Positions 1 through 8,780 of a DNA stretch of 64,000 nucleotides are shown piece by piece. This DNA comes from Bacilli bacterium (lineage in GTDB: Bacteria > Bacillota_I > Bacilli_A > RFN20 > UBA1709). The notes below the pieces were generated by a model, which did not search any database, was not told the DNA's origin, and saw nothing but the letters and a program-made list of their open reading frames with translations. The position numbers and the translations under genes were made by a program. The DNA lies in the NCBI GenBank assembly GCA_050949315.1, contig JBMNFL010000001.1, forward strand, positions 832,001 to 896,000, given 5' to 3'. Each line of letters starts with the position of its first letter. The stretch's first letter is position 1.

Positions 1-930
1 TTAGCTCTAGTTAATCAAAACATCGGACAAGAGGTGGAATTACACCCCTTGTTATATCCGTTGTTGAAGGAAGCGTATGAATTAACTCTATTAAGAGAAA
101 ATTATAACCTTTTTGCCAATATTCTAATTGATCGTTGGGAAGGGATTCTTTTAGCCGCTGACGATGAAAGAGACCCGCTAATCAATCTAGAAGAAGCGGC
201 GTTTTTAGAGGAAATAGCAAGTTATGTTGATGATTTAACAAATTTTTCCTTGCTTTTTGATGATGAAAATAAAAGCGTGACTTTTAATACTTCATTAGCC
301 TTCAAGAATTTTTATGAAACCGAAGGCCTAGATTGTGCTATTTTGGATTTTAATAGTTTAAATGAAGCGTTCAAAATAAAATTGCTGTGCAATAATCTTA
401 AAGAGCAAGGCTATACTAAGGGCTTTGTTGAAACCGCAGATGGATTAGTTATCAATTTAGGGACGGATTCAACTTGTTTCTATGCCATTTCCAATAAATT
501 GGATAGTCAAACTTATGAAAGCCCAGTAATGTCTGTTAGTAGTGAAAAGTACAAACTTTTATCACGGAGCAGAGTTTATAGTGTTAAGCAAGAAGATTAT
601 TATCGAGTAATTAATCACGAGGAGAAGAACTATTATCGACACTTAAAAATTGATGTTAAAAGTGGGAAGATTAACAATATTATAAATACTGTCAATCTTT
701 TTGCTACCGATTTTGATATTGTACAGTTACGTTTTTTTAACTTAACAATTTATGGGTTTAATACAATTGATGGTATAAATAATCAGGTTAAAAAAATTGA
801 GGACGAAAATCCTCAATTGTCTTTAGCTTATACTTTACAGGGGGATGATAAAGATATTTATATTTATAAAGGTGAGTTTACCGTTTTAGAAGATTCTGGT
901 TATAATCCTAAATATCTTCTGGCTGACTAG
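1..930 (+). CDS. ApbE-like (FAD:protein FMN transferase fold) protein, 5'-partial, degenerate motifs
   Basis: Frame is open from base 1 (LALVNQNIGQEVELHPLLYPLLKEAYEL), resembling the ApbE N-region. LDFNSLNEAF aligns with ApbE LDLGGIAKG and YYRHLKIDVKSG with YHHIIDPRTG. Confidence 0.55.
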   Translation, partial: LALVNQNIGQEVELHPLLYPLLKEAYELTLLRENYNLFANILIDRWEGILLAADDERDPLINLEEAAFLEEIASYVDDLTNFSLLFDDENKSVTFNTSLAFKNFYETEGLDCAILDFNSLNEAFKIKLLCNNLKEQGYTKGFVETADGLVINLGTDSTCFYAISNKLDSQTYESPVMSVSSEKYKLLSRSRVYSVKQEDYYRVINHEEKNYYRHLKIDVKSGKINNIINTVNLFATDFDIVQLRFFNLTIYGFNTIDGINNQVKKIEDENPQLSLAYTLQGDDKDIYIYKGEFTVLEDSGYNPKYLLAD

Positions 931-1165
931 TTAAAAGAATAGCACGAATAATAAAAAAGTTTATGATTAAACAAACGATAGGAAAGGCAATTAAAAAGGT
1001 GTTTCCGGCTTGCCAGGTCCCTTTGGCTACGATAATTAAAGCAAAGATTAGATCAAGAATAGTAAGAAATGCAAAAATACAAAACCAGACAAATCTTCTC
1101 GTGTTTGGTTTTTTCTTTAAATCAATTTTCCAAACAAATGGTTTTCTCTGCCTTTCTTTGTTCAT
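908..1165 (-). CDS. small two-TM membrane protein
   Basis: ATG at 1165 after a G-rich RBS; basic N-terminus followed by two hydrophobic helices. Confidence 0.55.
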   Translation of the reverse strand: MNKERQRKPFVWKIDLKKKPNTRRFVWFCIFAFLTILDLIFALIIVAKGTWQAGNTFLIAFPIVCLIINFFIIRAILLTSQPEDI

Positions 1166-1262
1166 AAGTATTCCCCCCCAGTATAGATTCATTTTAATGC
1201 TTTTATCAGTATTTATCAACTTTTTTTAAAAAAAGTTGTATAATACTTTTTGAGGTTATGTT

Positions 1263-2156
1263 ATGCAAGTAGTTATTATTCGTAATCCCTACTCTCGTTT
1301 AGCTGCTCAAAAGGGTCAAATTGAGCGTTTGCAAGCGGAGTTTAAGAAGAAAAAAATCGAATGTCGACTAATAAGTAGTCAGGGCTTTTTGGCGTGGATA
1401 GAAAATGGTGTAGCTTATTCTAGTTTGCAAAACGTGGCAATTATTTATTTGGATAAGGACAAATATTTGGTTTCGTTACTGAACAAATTGGGTTTTAGAA
1501 TTTTTAATCCAGCCGAGGCGATTATAACTTGTGATGATAAGATGTTGACTCATATTGCACTTAGCAACCAAGGAATTCAAATGCCGAAGACTATACCAGG
1601 ACTTCTTTGTTATACCAAAGGTGCTAAGCTTAGGGAGGAATATTTAGAAACTTTGGTTAAAGAACTTGGTTTACCCTTTGTTATTAAAGAATCCTATGGG
1701 TCCTTAGGGAAACAAGTTTATCTAGTAGAAAATAAAGAAGAGGCTAGAAAGGTATTAAATAAGGTTAAGTATGTCCCCCATCTTTGTCAAGAATTAGTGA
1801 AAAGTAGTTATGGCAAGGATATTCGTGTAATTGTTATTGGTGGTAAAGCTTTTGCTTGGATGAAACGGCAATCAAGTACCGATTTTCGTTCTAATATTGG
1901 TCTTGGCGGTGTTGGTTATGCAATTCAACTACCTAAAGCATATAAGGAAGTTAGTGAAAGGGTGGCTAGCCTTTTAAAGTTAGATTATTGTGGTATTGAT
2001 CTTCTAATTGGTAAAGATGGTAAGCCCCTTGTTTGTGAAGTTAATTCCAATGCCTTCTTTAATGAAATTGAAAGGATTACGAAGAAAAATGTAGCGAGAA
2101 CTTATGTAGAATATATTATAAAAGAAATGACGAGGATGGGAGCATATGACGATTGA
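1263..2156 (+). CDS. RimK/LysX-family ATP-grasp amino-acid ligase
   Basis: CDDKMLT, PFVIKESYGSLGKQV, DIRVIVIGG, FRSNIGLGG, GIDLL, VCEVNSN motifs. Confidence 0.9.
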   Translation: MQVVIIRNPYSRLAAQKGQIERLQAEFKKKKIECRLISSQGFLAWIENGVAYSSLQNVAIIYLDKDKYLVSLLNKLGFRIFNPAEAIITCDDKMLTHIALSNQGIQMPKTIPGLLCYTKGAKLREEYLETLVKELGLPFVIKESYGSLGKQVYLVENKEEARKVLNKVKYVPHLCQELVKSSYGKDIRVIVIGGKAFAWMKRQSSTDFRSNIGLGGVGYAIQLPKAYKEVSERVASLLKLDYCGIDLLIGKDGKPLVCEVNSNAFFNEIERITKKNVARTYVEYIIKEMTRMGAYDD

Positions 2157-3855
2157 AAAGCTCAACGAGAAGTTAATCAAACGTTTTAAAGGCCAAGTTA
2201 GTGCCCATGAAGAAAAGGGTTGTGTGGTTTTGACTGGTGCTCTTTTAACGTGGAAAGAAGTTATAGAAGCTTGTTACATGGCAGTTGATAAAAAACGCTA
2301 CATAGGTGTTTTAAATGATATCGTCTGTATTGAGTGTAAAGAGGTTAAAACGCGTAGTTCTAGCTTAAATGATAAGCTTTTAGATGGCGAAGAAGTTGAT
2401 GTTCTTGTCATCGGGGGTGGAATTTCTGGTGCCAGTATTTTGCGTGAGTTAAGTAAATATAAATTAAAACTTTTACTGATCGAAAAAGAAGCTGACGTAG
2501 CGATGCAGAGCAGTGGCCGCAACGATGGAGAAGTACACCCTGGAGTAGACTTAAAACCAGGAAGTAAGAAGCAACATTACGTCCTTTTAGGTAACGCCAT
2601 GTACGATAACATCTGTAAACAATTAGATGTTCCCTTTAGAAGATGCGGTCAATTCGCCCTTTTTACAAAAACGACAACTTTTCCTCTAATTTGGGCATAT
2701 TCGCATCAAAAATGTCGACAAAATTGTCCAACAGGGGTCATTTTGCGTCATCAACTAGCAAAAATGGAGCCAAATTTGACTTCAAGAGCCAAATTTGCTC
2801 TCTATAATCCGACGGCTGGCGTGGTGTCTCCTTACGTTTTAACCATCGCGTATGCTGAAAATGCCATTCAAAACGGGGCTAGAGTTGTACTTAATTGTCA
2901 AGCGCTGAGCATGGAATTAGCTGAGGGAAAAATAAAAAGTGTTTTAACTAATCGTGGTCGTATTTATCCTAGGCTTGTTATTAATTGTGCGGGTGTTTTT
3001 ACTGAGGAAATTGCCAAGATGGCTAATGATCGTTATTTTTCAATTCACCCAAGAAAAGGTACAATTGCCATCTTAGATAAGAAAGCCAATTTTCAAATTA
3101 GAGGAATTTCTTCTATCCGCCACCTAAATGAACCCAAAAACACTAAAGGTGGGGGTATAATAAGAACAATAGATGATAATGTTCTTGTGGGACCAACGGC
3201 TACAGAGACTTATTTAAAAGAAGATTTCACAACTGATCAAGAAGCGATTGATAAAATCTTCAAAAAACAAATTCAAACTTCGCCACAACTTAAAAAAAGC
3301 GATATTATAACTTATTTTAGTGGTATTAGAGCCGCTACCTTCGAAGAAGACTTTTATATTGAAAAAGGGCGTAATACAATGAATATTATCCATGTTGCGG
3401 GTATTCAATCACCAGGTTTAACAACAGCTCCTGCCGTGGCTATTGATGTTGAAAGAATGGCAATAGAACTATTAAGTGAAACTAAAAAAGTATCTAAAAA
3501 CAAGGACTTTAATCCAATTAGACATGGAATACCACGTTTAAAAGAAATGACCGATTTAGATCGTAAAGAGATGATTAGAAAGAATCCGGATTATGGAATT
3601 ATTGTTTGTCGTTGTGAAGAAATTAGTAAGGGCGAGATTATTGATGCTCTCAACTCGCCATTATGTGTTCCAACCTTAGATGCCATTAAACGTCGCGTAA
3701 GACCGGGGATGGGAAGATGCCAAGGTAGCTTTTGCTCGCCACTTGTTGCTCAGATTATCGCCGAGCACCAAGGAATTAGTTTAGATCAGGTAAAAAAGAG
3801 TGGTTTAGATTCCAATATTAGCTATGGTCATATCGGAGGAAAGTCCAATGGATAG
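2146..3855 (+). CDS. GlpA/LhgO-like FAD-dependent oxidoreductase with N-terminal BON-like domain and C-terminal BFD-like [2Fe-2S] domain
   Basis: VLVIGGGISG, SSGRNDGEVHPG, GIQSPGLTTAPA, VCRCEEIS...GMGRCQGSFC. Confidence 0.85.
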   Translation: MTIEKLNEKLIKRFKGQVSAHEEKGCVVLTGALLTWKEVIEACYMAVDKKRYIGVLNDIVCIECKEVKTRSSSLNDKLLDGEEVDVLVIGGGISGASILRELSKYKLKLLLIEKEADVAMQSSGRNDGEVHPGVDLKPGSKKQHYVLLGNAMYDNICKQLDVPFRRCGQFALFTKTTTFPLIWAYSHQKCRQNCPTGVILRHQLAKMEPNLTSRAKFALYNPTAGVVSPYVLTIAYAENAIQNGARVVLNCQALSMELAEGKIKSVLTNRGRIYPRLVINCAGVFTEEIAKMANDRYFSIHPRKGTIAILDKKANFQIRGISSIRHLNEPKNTKGGGIIRTIDDNVLVGPTATETYLKEDFTTDQEAIDKIFKKQIQTSPQLKKSDIITYFSGIRAATFEEDFYIEKGRNTMNIIHVAGIQSPGLTTAPAVAIDVERMAIELLSETKKVSKNKDFNPIRHGIPRLKEMTDLDRKEMIRKNPDYGIIVCRCEEISKGEIIDALNSPLCVPTLDAIKRRVRPGMGRCQGSFCSPLVAQIIAEHQGISLDQVKKSGLDSNISYGHIGGKSNG

Positions 3856-5107
3856 TTATCAGGTAATTGTTATCGGCGGTGGACCGGCGGGGTTAGCCGC
3901 TGCTATAGCTGCTAAGAAGGAAGCGGCTCGTGTTCTTCTTATTGAGCGAGAAGGAAGATTAGGTGGAATTTTAAAACAATGTATCCATGATGGTTTTGGG
4001 CTGATTCGTTTTAAGGAAAAACTCAGTGGACCCGAATATGTTGAACATTTTATTGATGAATTTGAAAATTTAGGTATTGAAAAATTATTGCTAACTTTTG
4101 TAACCAAAATCACCAAAATGGAGGATGGTTATGTTGTAAAGTTCGTTAATAAACGGGGGCTTAGTGAGGTGTTTACTAAAACTATTGTTTTAGCCTGTGG
4201 TTGTCGAGAAAGAACTTCTAAACAGGTTATGATTCATGGAACAAGACCAGCTGGTATTTTTTCAGCGGGCACCGCTCAATACTTAACCAACATACTTGGT
4301 CAAAAAATTACCAAAAAATGTGTAATTTTAGGTAGTGGTGATGTTGGTTTAATTATGGCGCGTCGTTTAACCTTAGAAGGCGCCAAAGTAATTGGTGTTT
4401 ATGAAATTAAAGATAGTCCCACAGGTCTAACCCGCAACGTTCAACAATGTCTTGAGGATTATAATATTCCTCTTTACTTATCGCGAACGGTAGTTCGTAT
4501 ATTTGGTGAAGAAAGATTAAGTGGCGTTGAAGTGGCTAAAGTTGATAAGGAAATGAAAGTGATTCCCGGCACTGAAATTGTTATTGAGTGCGATGCTCTT
4601 ATCTTATCGGTAGGTTTAATACCCGAGAATGAACTAGCAGAAGCAATTAATGTGGAAATTGATAACAATACTAAAGGCCCCAAGGTCAATGCCCAGGGTT
4701 TAACAAGCATGAAAGGGATTTATTCTTGTGGTAATGCTTTACATGTTAATGATTTAGTGGATTATGTGAGTGAAAGTGGAGAAATAGCAGGTAAAAATGC
4801 GGCAGGCTATAATTATGCTGATGAAGAAAATGTTCCTATCCATTATTCAAATAACATAGCCTACTTAATACCTCAACGTTTAGATTTAAAGAGTGATAAT
4901 TCTAAAACAACCATTTACTTTAGAAGTCGCAAGGTTGAAAAACAGATTGAATTAGTACTTAAAATTGATGGACTTAGGGTTTGGCATAAACATTATTTAA
5001 AGATTAATCCACCGGAAATGGAGCGACTAAGCTTAGACTTTAATAGTTTCAAGTTAAACAAAAACTCTAGAATTGAGTTTAGTTTGGAGACGCATAAAAA
5101 TGGTTAA
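3848..5107 (+). CDS. NAD(P)/FAD-dependent oxidoreductase (pyridine nucleotide-disulfide family)
   Basis: IGGGPAGLAAA, GGILKQCIHDGFG, GCRER, ILGSGDVGLIMARR; ATG 3848 overlaps the upstream stop. Confidence 0.85.
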   Translation: MDSYQVIVIGGGPAGLAAAIAAKKEAARVLLIEREGRLGGILKQCIHDGFGLIRFKEKLSGPEYVEHFIDEFENLGIEKLLLTFVTKITKMEDGYVVKFVNKRGLSEVFTKTIVLACGCRERTSKQVMIHGTRPAGIFSAGTAQYLTNILGQKITKKCVILGSGDVGLIMARRLTLEGAKVIGVYEIKDSPTGLTRNVQQCLEDYNIPLYLSRTVVRIFGEERLSGVEVAKVDKEMKVIPGTEIVIECDALILSVGLIPENELAEAINVEIDNNTKGPKVNAQGLTSMKGIYSCGNALHVNDLVDYVSESGEIAGKNAAGYNYADEENVPIHYSNNIAYLIPQRLDLKSDNSKTTIYFRSRKVEKQIELVLKIDGLRVWHKHYLKINPPEMERLSLDFNSFKLNKNSRIEFSLETHKNG

Positions 5108-5480
5108 TTATAAGGAAATGACCTGTATTGTTTGTCCTCTAGGGTGTCGATTAAAAGTTGAATTAGTAGATGGGGACTATAAAGTTAGTGGAAATAGTTG
5201 TCTTAGGGGCCAAACCTTCGCCATTAATGAGATTAAAAATCCTCTTAGGACTATTTCTTCTACTGTTCGAACCATCTACCCCGATGTCCCAGTTCTACCA
5301 GTGCGAGTAAGTGCGGATATTCCCATGAAGAAGATTTTCCCAGTAATGCAGGAAATCAATAAAGTTTTGGTTAAACAACCATTCAAACGAGGGGATGTTA
5401 TTATTAAAGATGTTTTAGGCTTAGGGGTAGATGTTATTTGTACCAGTGATATTTTAAGCAGAAAGGGTGGTAAAAAATGA
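5100..5480 (+). CDS. DUF1667 family CxxC metal-binding protein
   Basis: TCIVCPLGC...GNSCLRG...NPLRTISSTV; usual third gene of this oxidoreductase trio. Confidence 0.85.
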   Translation: MVNYKEMTCIVCPLGCRLKVELVDGDYKVSGNSCLRGQTFAINEIKNPLRTISSTVRTIYPDVPVLPVRVSADIPMKKIFPVMQEINKVLVKQPFKRGDVIIKDVLGLGVDVICTSDILSRKGGKK

Positions 5481-7216
5481 GTAAGAAACCATACAAAGGA
5501 TTTAAGCCAAAATGGGTTGAAGAAACAGCCGCGGCTGATAGTTATCGTTCAATTTTCCGCTGGGGGGATCCTTCTTTTGTCAGGTATCCAAAAGAAGCTC
5601 TCTATAAGTTAATGAAGCAAAGATTTAAATTAAGCGATGAAGATTTTAAACATTATCATGGGGATATTGGCTTTGATAAAGTTAGTTTAAATATTCCTTC
5701 AAAACTTTCAGTAGATGACTTTAAAAGCCTAGAAAGCATTGTTGGCAAAGGTTTTGTAAGTATAAGTGATTATGATCGCTTAGCCGTTGCTTATGGCAAA
5801 ACCGCTTATGATGCTATGCGTTTGAGAGAAAAGATATATGAGAATCTACCGGATGCTGTTGTCTATCCCGATGATAGCGAACAAATTCAAAAAGTAGTCG
5901 ATTTTTGCATACAAAAAGACATTCCATTATATGTTTATGGTGGTGGTAGTAGCGTTACTAGAGGGGTAGAACCAGTAAAGGGTGGTATAAGCCTTGATTT
6001 ACGGAGACGCTTTAATAAAGTTTTGGCTTTTAACGAGATTGATCAAACAATTACCGTTCAAGCCGGAATGTCAGGGCCCATTTTAGAAAAAGCTTTAAAT
6101 GAAGCTGTTAAGAATTTTAAGGCCAAGCGAGCCTATACTTGTGGTCACTTCCCGCAATCCTTTGAATATAGTGCAGTTGGTGGCTGGGTGGTAACCAGAG
6201 GGGCTGGGCAAAATTCCACTTATTATGGCAAGATTGAAGATATCGTTCTTTCTCAAAAATATGCGACACCAATTGGAACTATTCAGACTTCACATTATCC
6301 AAGGGAGGCCACAGGACCTTCTATTAATCAAATTATGATGGGTAGTGAAGGGACTTTTGGTGTTCTTACCGAAGTAACTTTACGCGTTTTCCGCTTCATG
6401 CCCCAAAACCGTGTCCGCTTTTCTTATATCTTCCACGATTGGGAAAGTGCTCAAGAAGCGGCTAGGGAAATGATGCAAGCCGAAGCTGGCTTTGCCTCAG
6501 TTTTCCGCTTATCAGATCCAGAAGAAACTAATCTAATGTTATCTTTATATAACGTCGATGAAACACCTTTAAGGCATCTTTTCAAATTAAGATCTTATAA
6601 AGACATGGAGAGATGTTTATTCCTTGGTTTCACCGATGGTGAGAAAGGCTTCGCAAAAAATGTGGCGCGGAAAATTCGCAAGATCGCTCATCAATATGGT
6701 GGCATGAGTTTAACAGGCTTTGTTTGTTCGGCTTGGGAAAAGGGCCGCTTCACGGATCCTTATTTACGAGATACGATGTTGGATTTTGGTATTGTTACAG
6801 ATACCTTAGAATGCTCAGTTAATTGGTCAAATATGCATCGAGTTTGGCGTGATGTGCGAGAGGTTTGTCATGCCTTGCCTAACACGGTTGTAACCACACA
6901 CATGTCTCACTGTTATCCACAGGGGGCCAATCTTTATTTCATCTTTATCACCAAAATGGATAAAGCTGAAGAATTTAAACGTTATCACACAACTATTCTT
7001 GATGCTATTCAAAGATCAGGGGCCGCTATTAGTCATCACCATGGAGTTGGTAAGATGTTTGGACCATGGTTAGAAGGATATCTAGGAACTAAAGAATTCA
7101 ATATGATTAAGGTTCTAAAAGAATATTTTGATCCTAAGTATCTCTTGAATCCTGGCGGAACATTAGGTCTAGATTTACCTGAAAAAGAGAAGAAATTTTT
7201 AAAAGAACACGACTGA
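5477..7216 (+). CDS. VAO-family FAD-binding oxidoreductase, alkyl-dihydroxyacetonephosphate synthase-like
   Basis: PDAVVYP, YGGGSSVTRG, GHFPQSFEYSAVGGWVVTRGAGQ.S..YGKIED, GSEGTFGVLTE, SHHHGVGK, LNPG. Confidence 0.85.
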   Translation: MSKKPYKGFKPKWVEETAAADSYRSIFRWGDPSFVRYPKEALYKLMKQRFKLSDEDFKHYHGDIGFDKVSLNIPSKLSVDDFKSLESIVGKGFVSISDYDRLAVAYGKTAYDAMRLREKIYENLPDAVVYPDDSEQIQKVVDFCIQKDIPLYVYGGGSSVTRGVEPVKGGISLDLRRRFNKVLAFNEIDQTITVQAGMSGPILEKALNEAVKNFKAKRAYTCGHFPQSFEYSAVGGWVVTRGAGQNSTYYGKIEDIVLSQKYATPIGTIQTSHYPREATGPSINQIMMGSEGTFGVLTEVTLRVFRFMPQNRVRFSYIFHDWESAQEAAREMMQAEAGFASVFRLSDPEETNLMLSLYNVDETPLRHLFKLRSYKDMERCLFLGFTDGEKGFAKNVARKIRKIAHQYGGMSLTGFVCSAWEKGRFTDPYLRDTMLDFGIVTDTLECSVNWSNMHRVWRDVREVCHALPNTVVTTHMSHCYPQGANLYFIFITKMDKAEEFKRYHTTILDAIQRSGAAISHHHGVGKMFGPWLEGYLGTKEFNMIKVLKEYFDPKYLLNPGGTLGLDLPEKEKKFLKEHD

Positions 7217-7324
7217 TAGATAATATTTAAAAACAGTTGCAGAAACCAAATTAATATGTTAGTATAATCCAGCAACTTACTTTGGACACAATAGCTGTTC
7301 AAGGCGGAAGGAGGACCAAGGTTT

Positions 7325-7546
7325 ATGAAAGAGAAAATCCATCCCAAGTATACAAAAGTGAAGGTTGTTTGTACTTCTTGTGGTACGGAGTTTGAGACAG
7401 GCTCAACCCTTAATAGGGATATTCGAGTTGATACTTGTTCAAATTGCCATCCTTTTTATACAGGCAAGCAACGTTTTGGCCATATTGCTGGTCGGGCCGA
7501 GACCTTTATGAAGAAGTACGGTATTAAACAAGAAGAAGAAAAATAA
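7325..7546 (+). CDS. rpmE: 50S ribosomal protein L31 (Zn-binding type)
   Basis: MKEKIHPKY...CTSCG...[14 protein letters not shown]. Confidence 0.97.
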   Translation: MKEKIHPKYTKVKVVCTSCGTEFETGSTLNRDIRVDTCSNCHPFYTGKQRFGHIAGRAETFMKKYGIKQEEEK

Positions 7547-7552
7547 GAAATT

Positions 7553-7581
7553 AACGTCCAGTTTAGTGGGCGTTTTTCTTT
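7553..7581 (+). terminator. intrinsic terminator after rpmE
   Basis: AACGTCCA-gtttag-TGGGCGTT followed by a T-run. Confidence 0.7.
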
Positions 7582-7633
7582 AATTGAAGAAGCCTAAATG
7601 ACATGTTATAATAAGACCGACCGGAGGTAGTTT

Positions 7634-8587
7634 ATGCGCGATAAAATCCTTTTAGCACTCGTTGTTCCCTGTTATAACGAAGAAGATGTTTTGAAAGAAA
7701 CCAACTATCGTTTAACCAGTTTACTCGTAGAAATGATCCAAGAGCAACTTATCCAAGCAAGCTCTTATATTTTGTACGTGGATGATGGTAGTAAAGATAA
7801 AACCTGGGAAATGATAAAAGATTTCTATAAGCAAAGCGAAATGGTACAAGGGGTTAAATTATCGCGAAACAGAGGACATCAAAATGCCCTTCTAGCTGGT
7901 CTATTTACCGCCTTAAATAACTGCGACGCGGCTATTTCCATTGATGCTGATTTACAAGATGATATTAGAGTCATAAAAGAAATGGTATCTCGTTATCGCC
8001 AAGGTGATGAAATTGTTCTTGGGGTTCGCGATAATCGTGATAATGATAGCATCATTAAAAGAGGTACCGCTGAAGCTTTCTACAAGGTCATGAAGAAGCT
8101 AGGTACAAATACAATCAAAGATCATGCAGATTTTCGTTTGTTAAGCAACCGTGCTTTACAAGAACTTAAAAACTATAACGAAGTTAACCTTTTCCTTCGG
8201 GGTTTAATTTTAGAACTAGGATTCCCTACTAGTTGCGTGTACTATCAACGGCAGTCACGTATGGCAGGAGTAACTAAATATTCATTATTTAGAATGCTTA
8301 ATCTTGCTTTGGCAGGGATCACGTCTTTTACTATCCGACCAATTCGTTTAATTTTCATTTTTGGTTTTATTTTTTCAATACTTAGCCTAGGTTTTGCCGT
8401 GGGTATTGCCATTGCCGCCATTTGTGGCGCATTTATTGGTTGGTTACCAATTATTTATATTACGCTTTGGTTTCTTACTGGCCTAATTTTAATGGCTATT
8501 GGTATTATTGGCGAATATATTGGTCGTAATTATTTCGAGACAAAGAGAAGACCACGTTATATAATCGAAGAGAGATTAATTCATTAG
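7634..8587 (+). CDS. GT2 polyprenyl-phosphate glycosyltransferase (GtrB/YkcC-like)
   Basis: VVPCYNEE, VDDGSKD, LSRNRGHQNAL, IDADLQD, DFRL, two C-terminal TM helices, GEYIGR..ETKRRPRYII. Confidence 0.9.
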   Translation: MRDKILLALVVPCYNEEDVLKETNYRLTSLLVEMIQEQLIQASSYILYVDDGSKDKTWEMIKDFYKQSEMVQGVKLSRNRGHQNALLAGLFTALNNCDAAISIDADLQDDIRVIKEMVSRYRQGDEIVLGVRDNRDNDSIIKRGTAEAFYKVMKKLGTNTIKDHADFRLLSNRALQELKNYNEVNLFLRGLILELGFPTSCVYYQRQSRMAGVTKYSLFRMLNLALAGITSFTIRPIRLIFIFGFIFSILSLGFAVGIAIAAICGAFIGWLPIIYITLWFLTGLILMAIGIIGEYIGRNYFETKRRPRYIIEERLIH

Positions 8588-8589
8588 AT

Positions 8590-8666
8590 CGGGACGTAGC
8601 GCAGCTTGGTAGCGCACTTCCTTGGGGTGGAAGGGGTCGCGAGTTCAAATCCCGCCGTTCCGACCA
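8590..8666 (+). tRNA. tRNA-Pro (GGG)
   Basis: Cloverleaf CGGGACG...CGTTCCG-ACCA; anticodon arm CTTCC-TTGGGGT-GGAAG; GTTCAAAT T-loop; encoded CCA. Confidence 0.95.
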
Positions 8667-8675
8667 TTGTAATGA

Positions 8676-8706
8676 AAAGTCCAGTTTATCTGGGCTTTTT
8701 GTTTTT
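8676..8706 (+). terminator. intrinsic terminator after tRNA-Pro
   Basis: AAAGTCCAG-tttat-CTGGGCTTT followed by a T-run. Confidence 0.7.
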
Positions 8707-8780
8707 TGGCGGCATATTTTTTCTTTATTGGCACTAAAGAGGTAAAAGTTTATAATTAACTAGGAAGGATTTTATGGTTT

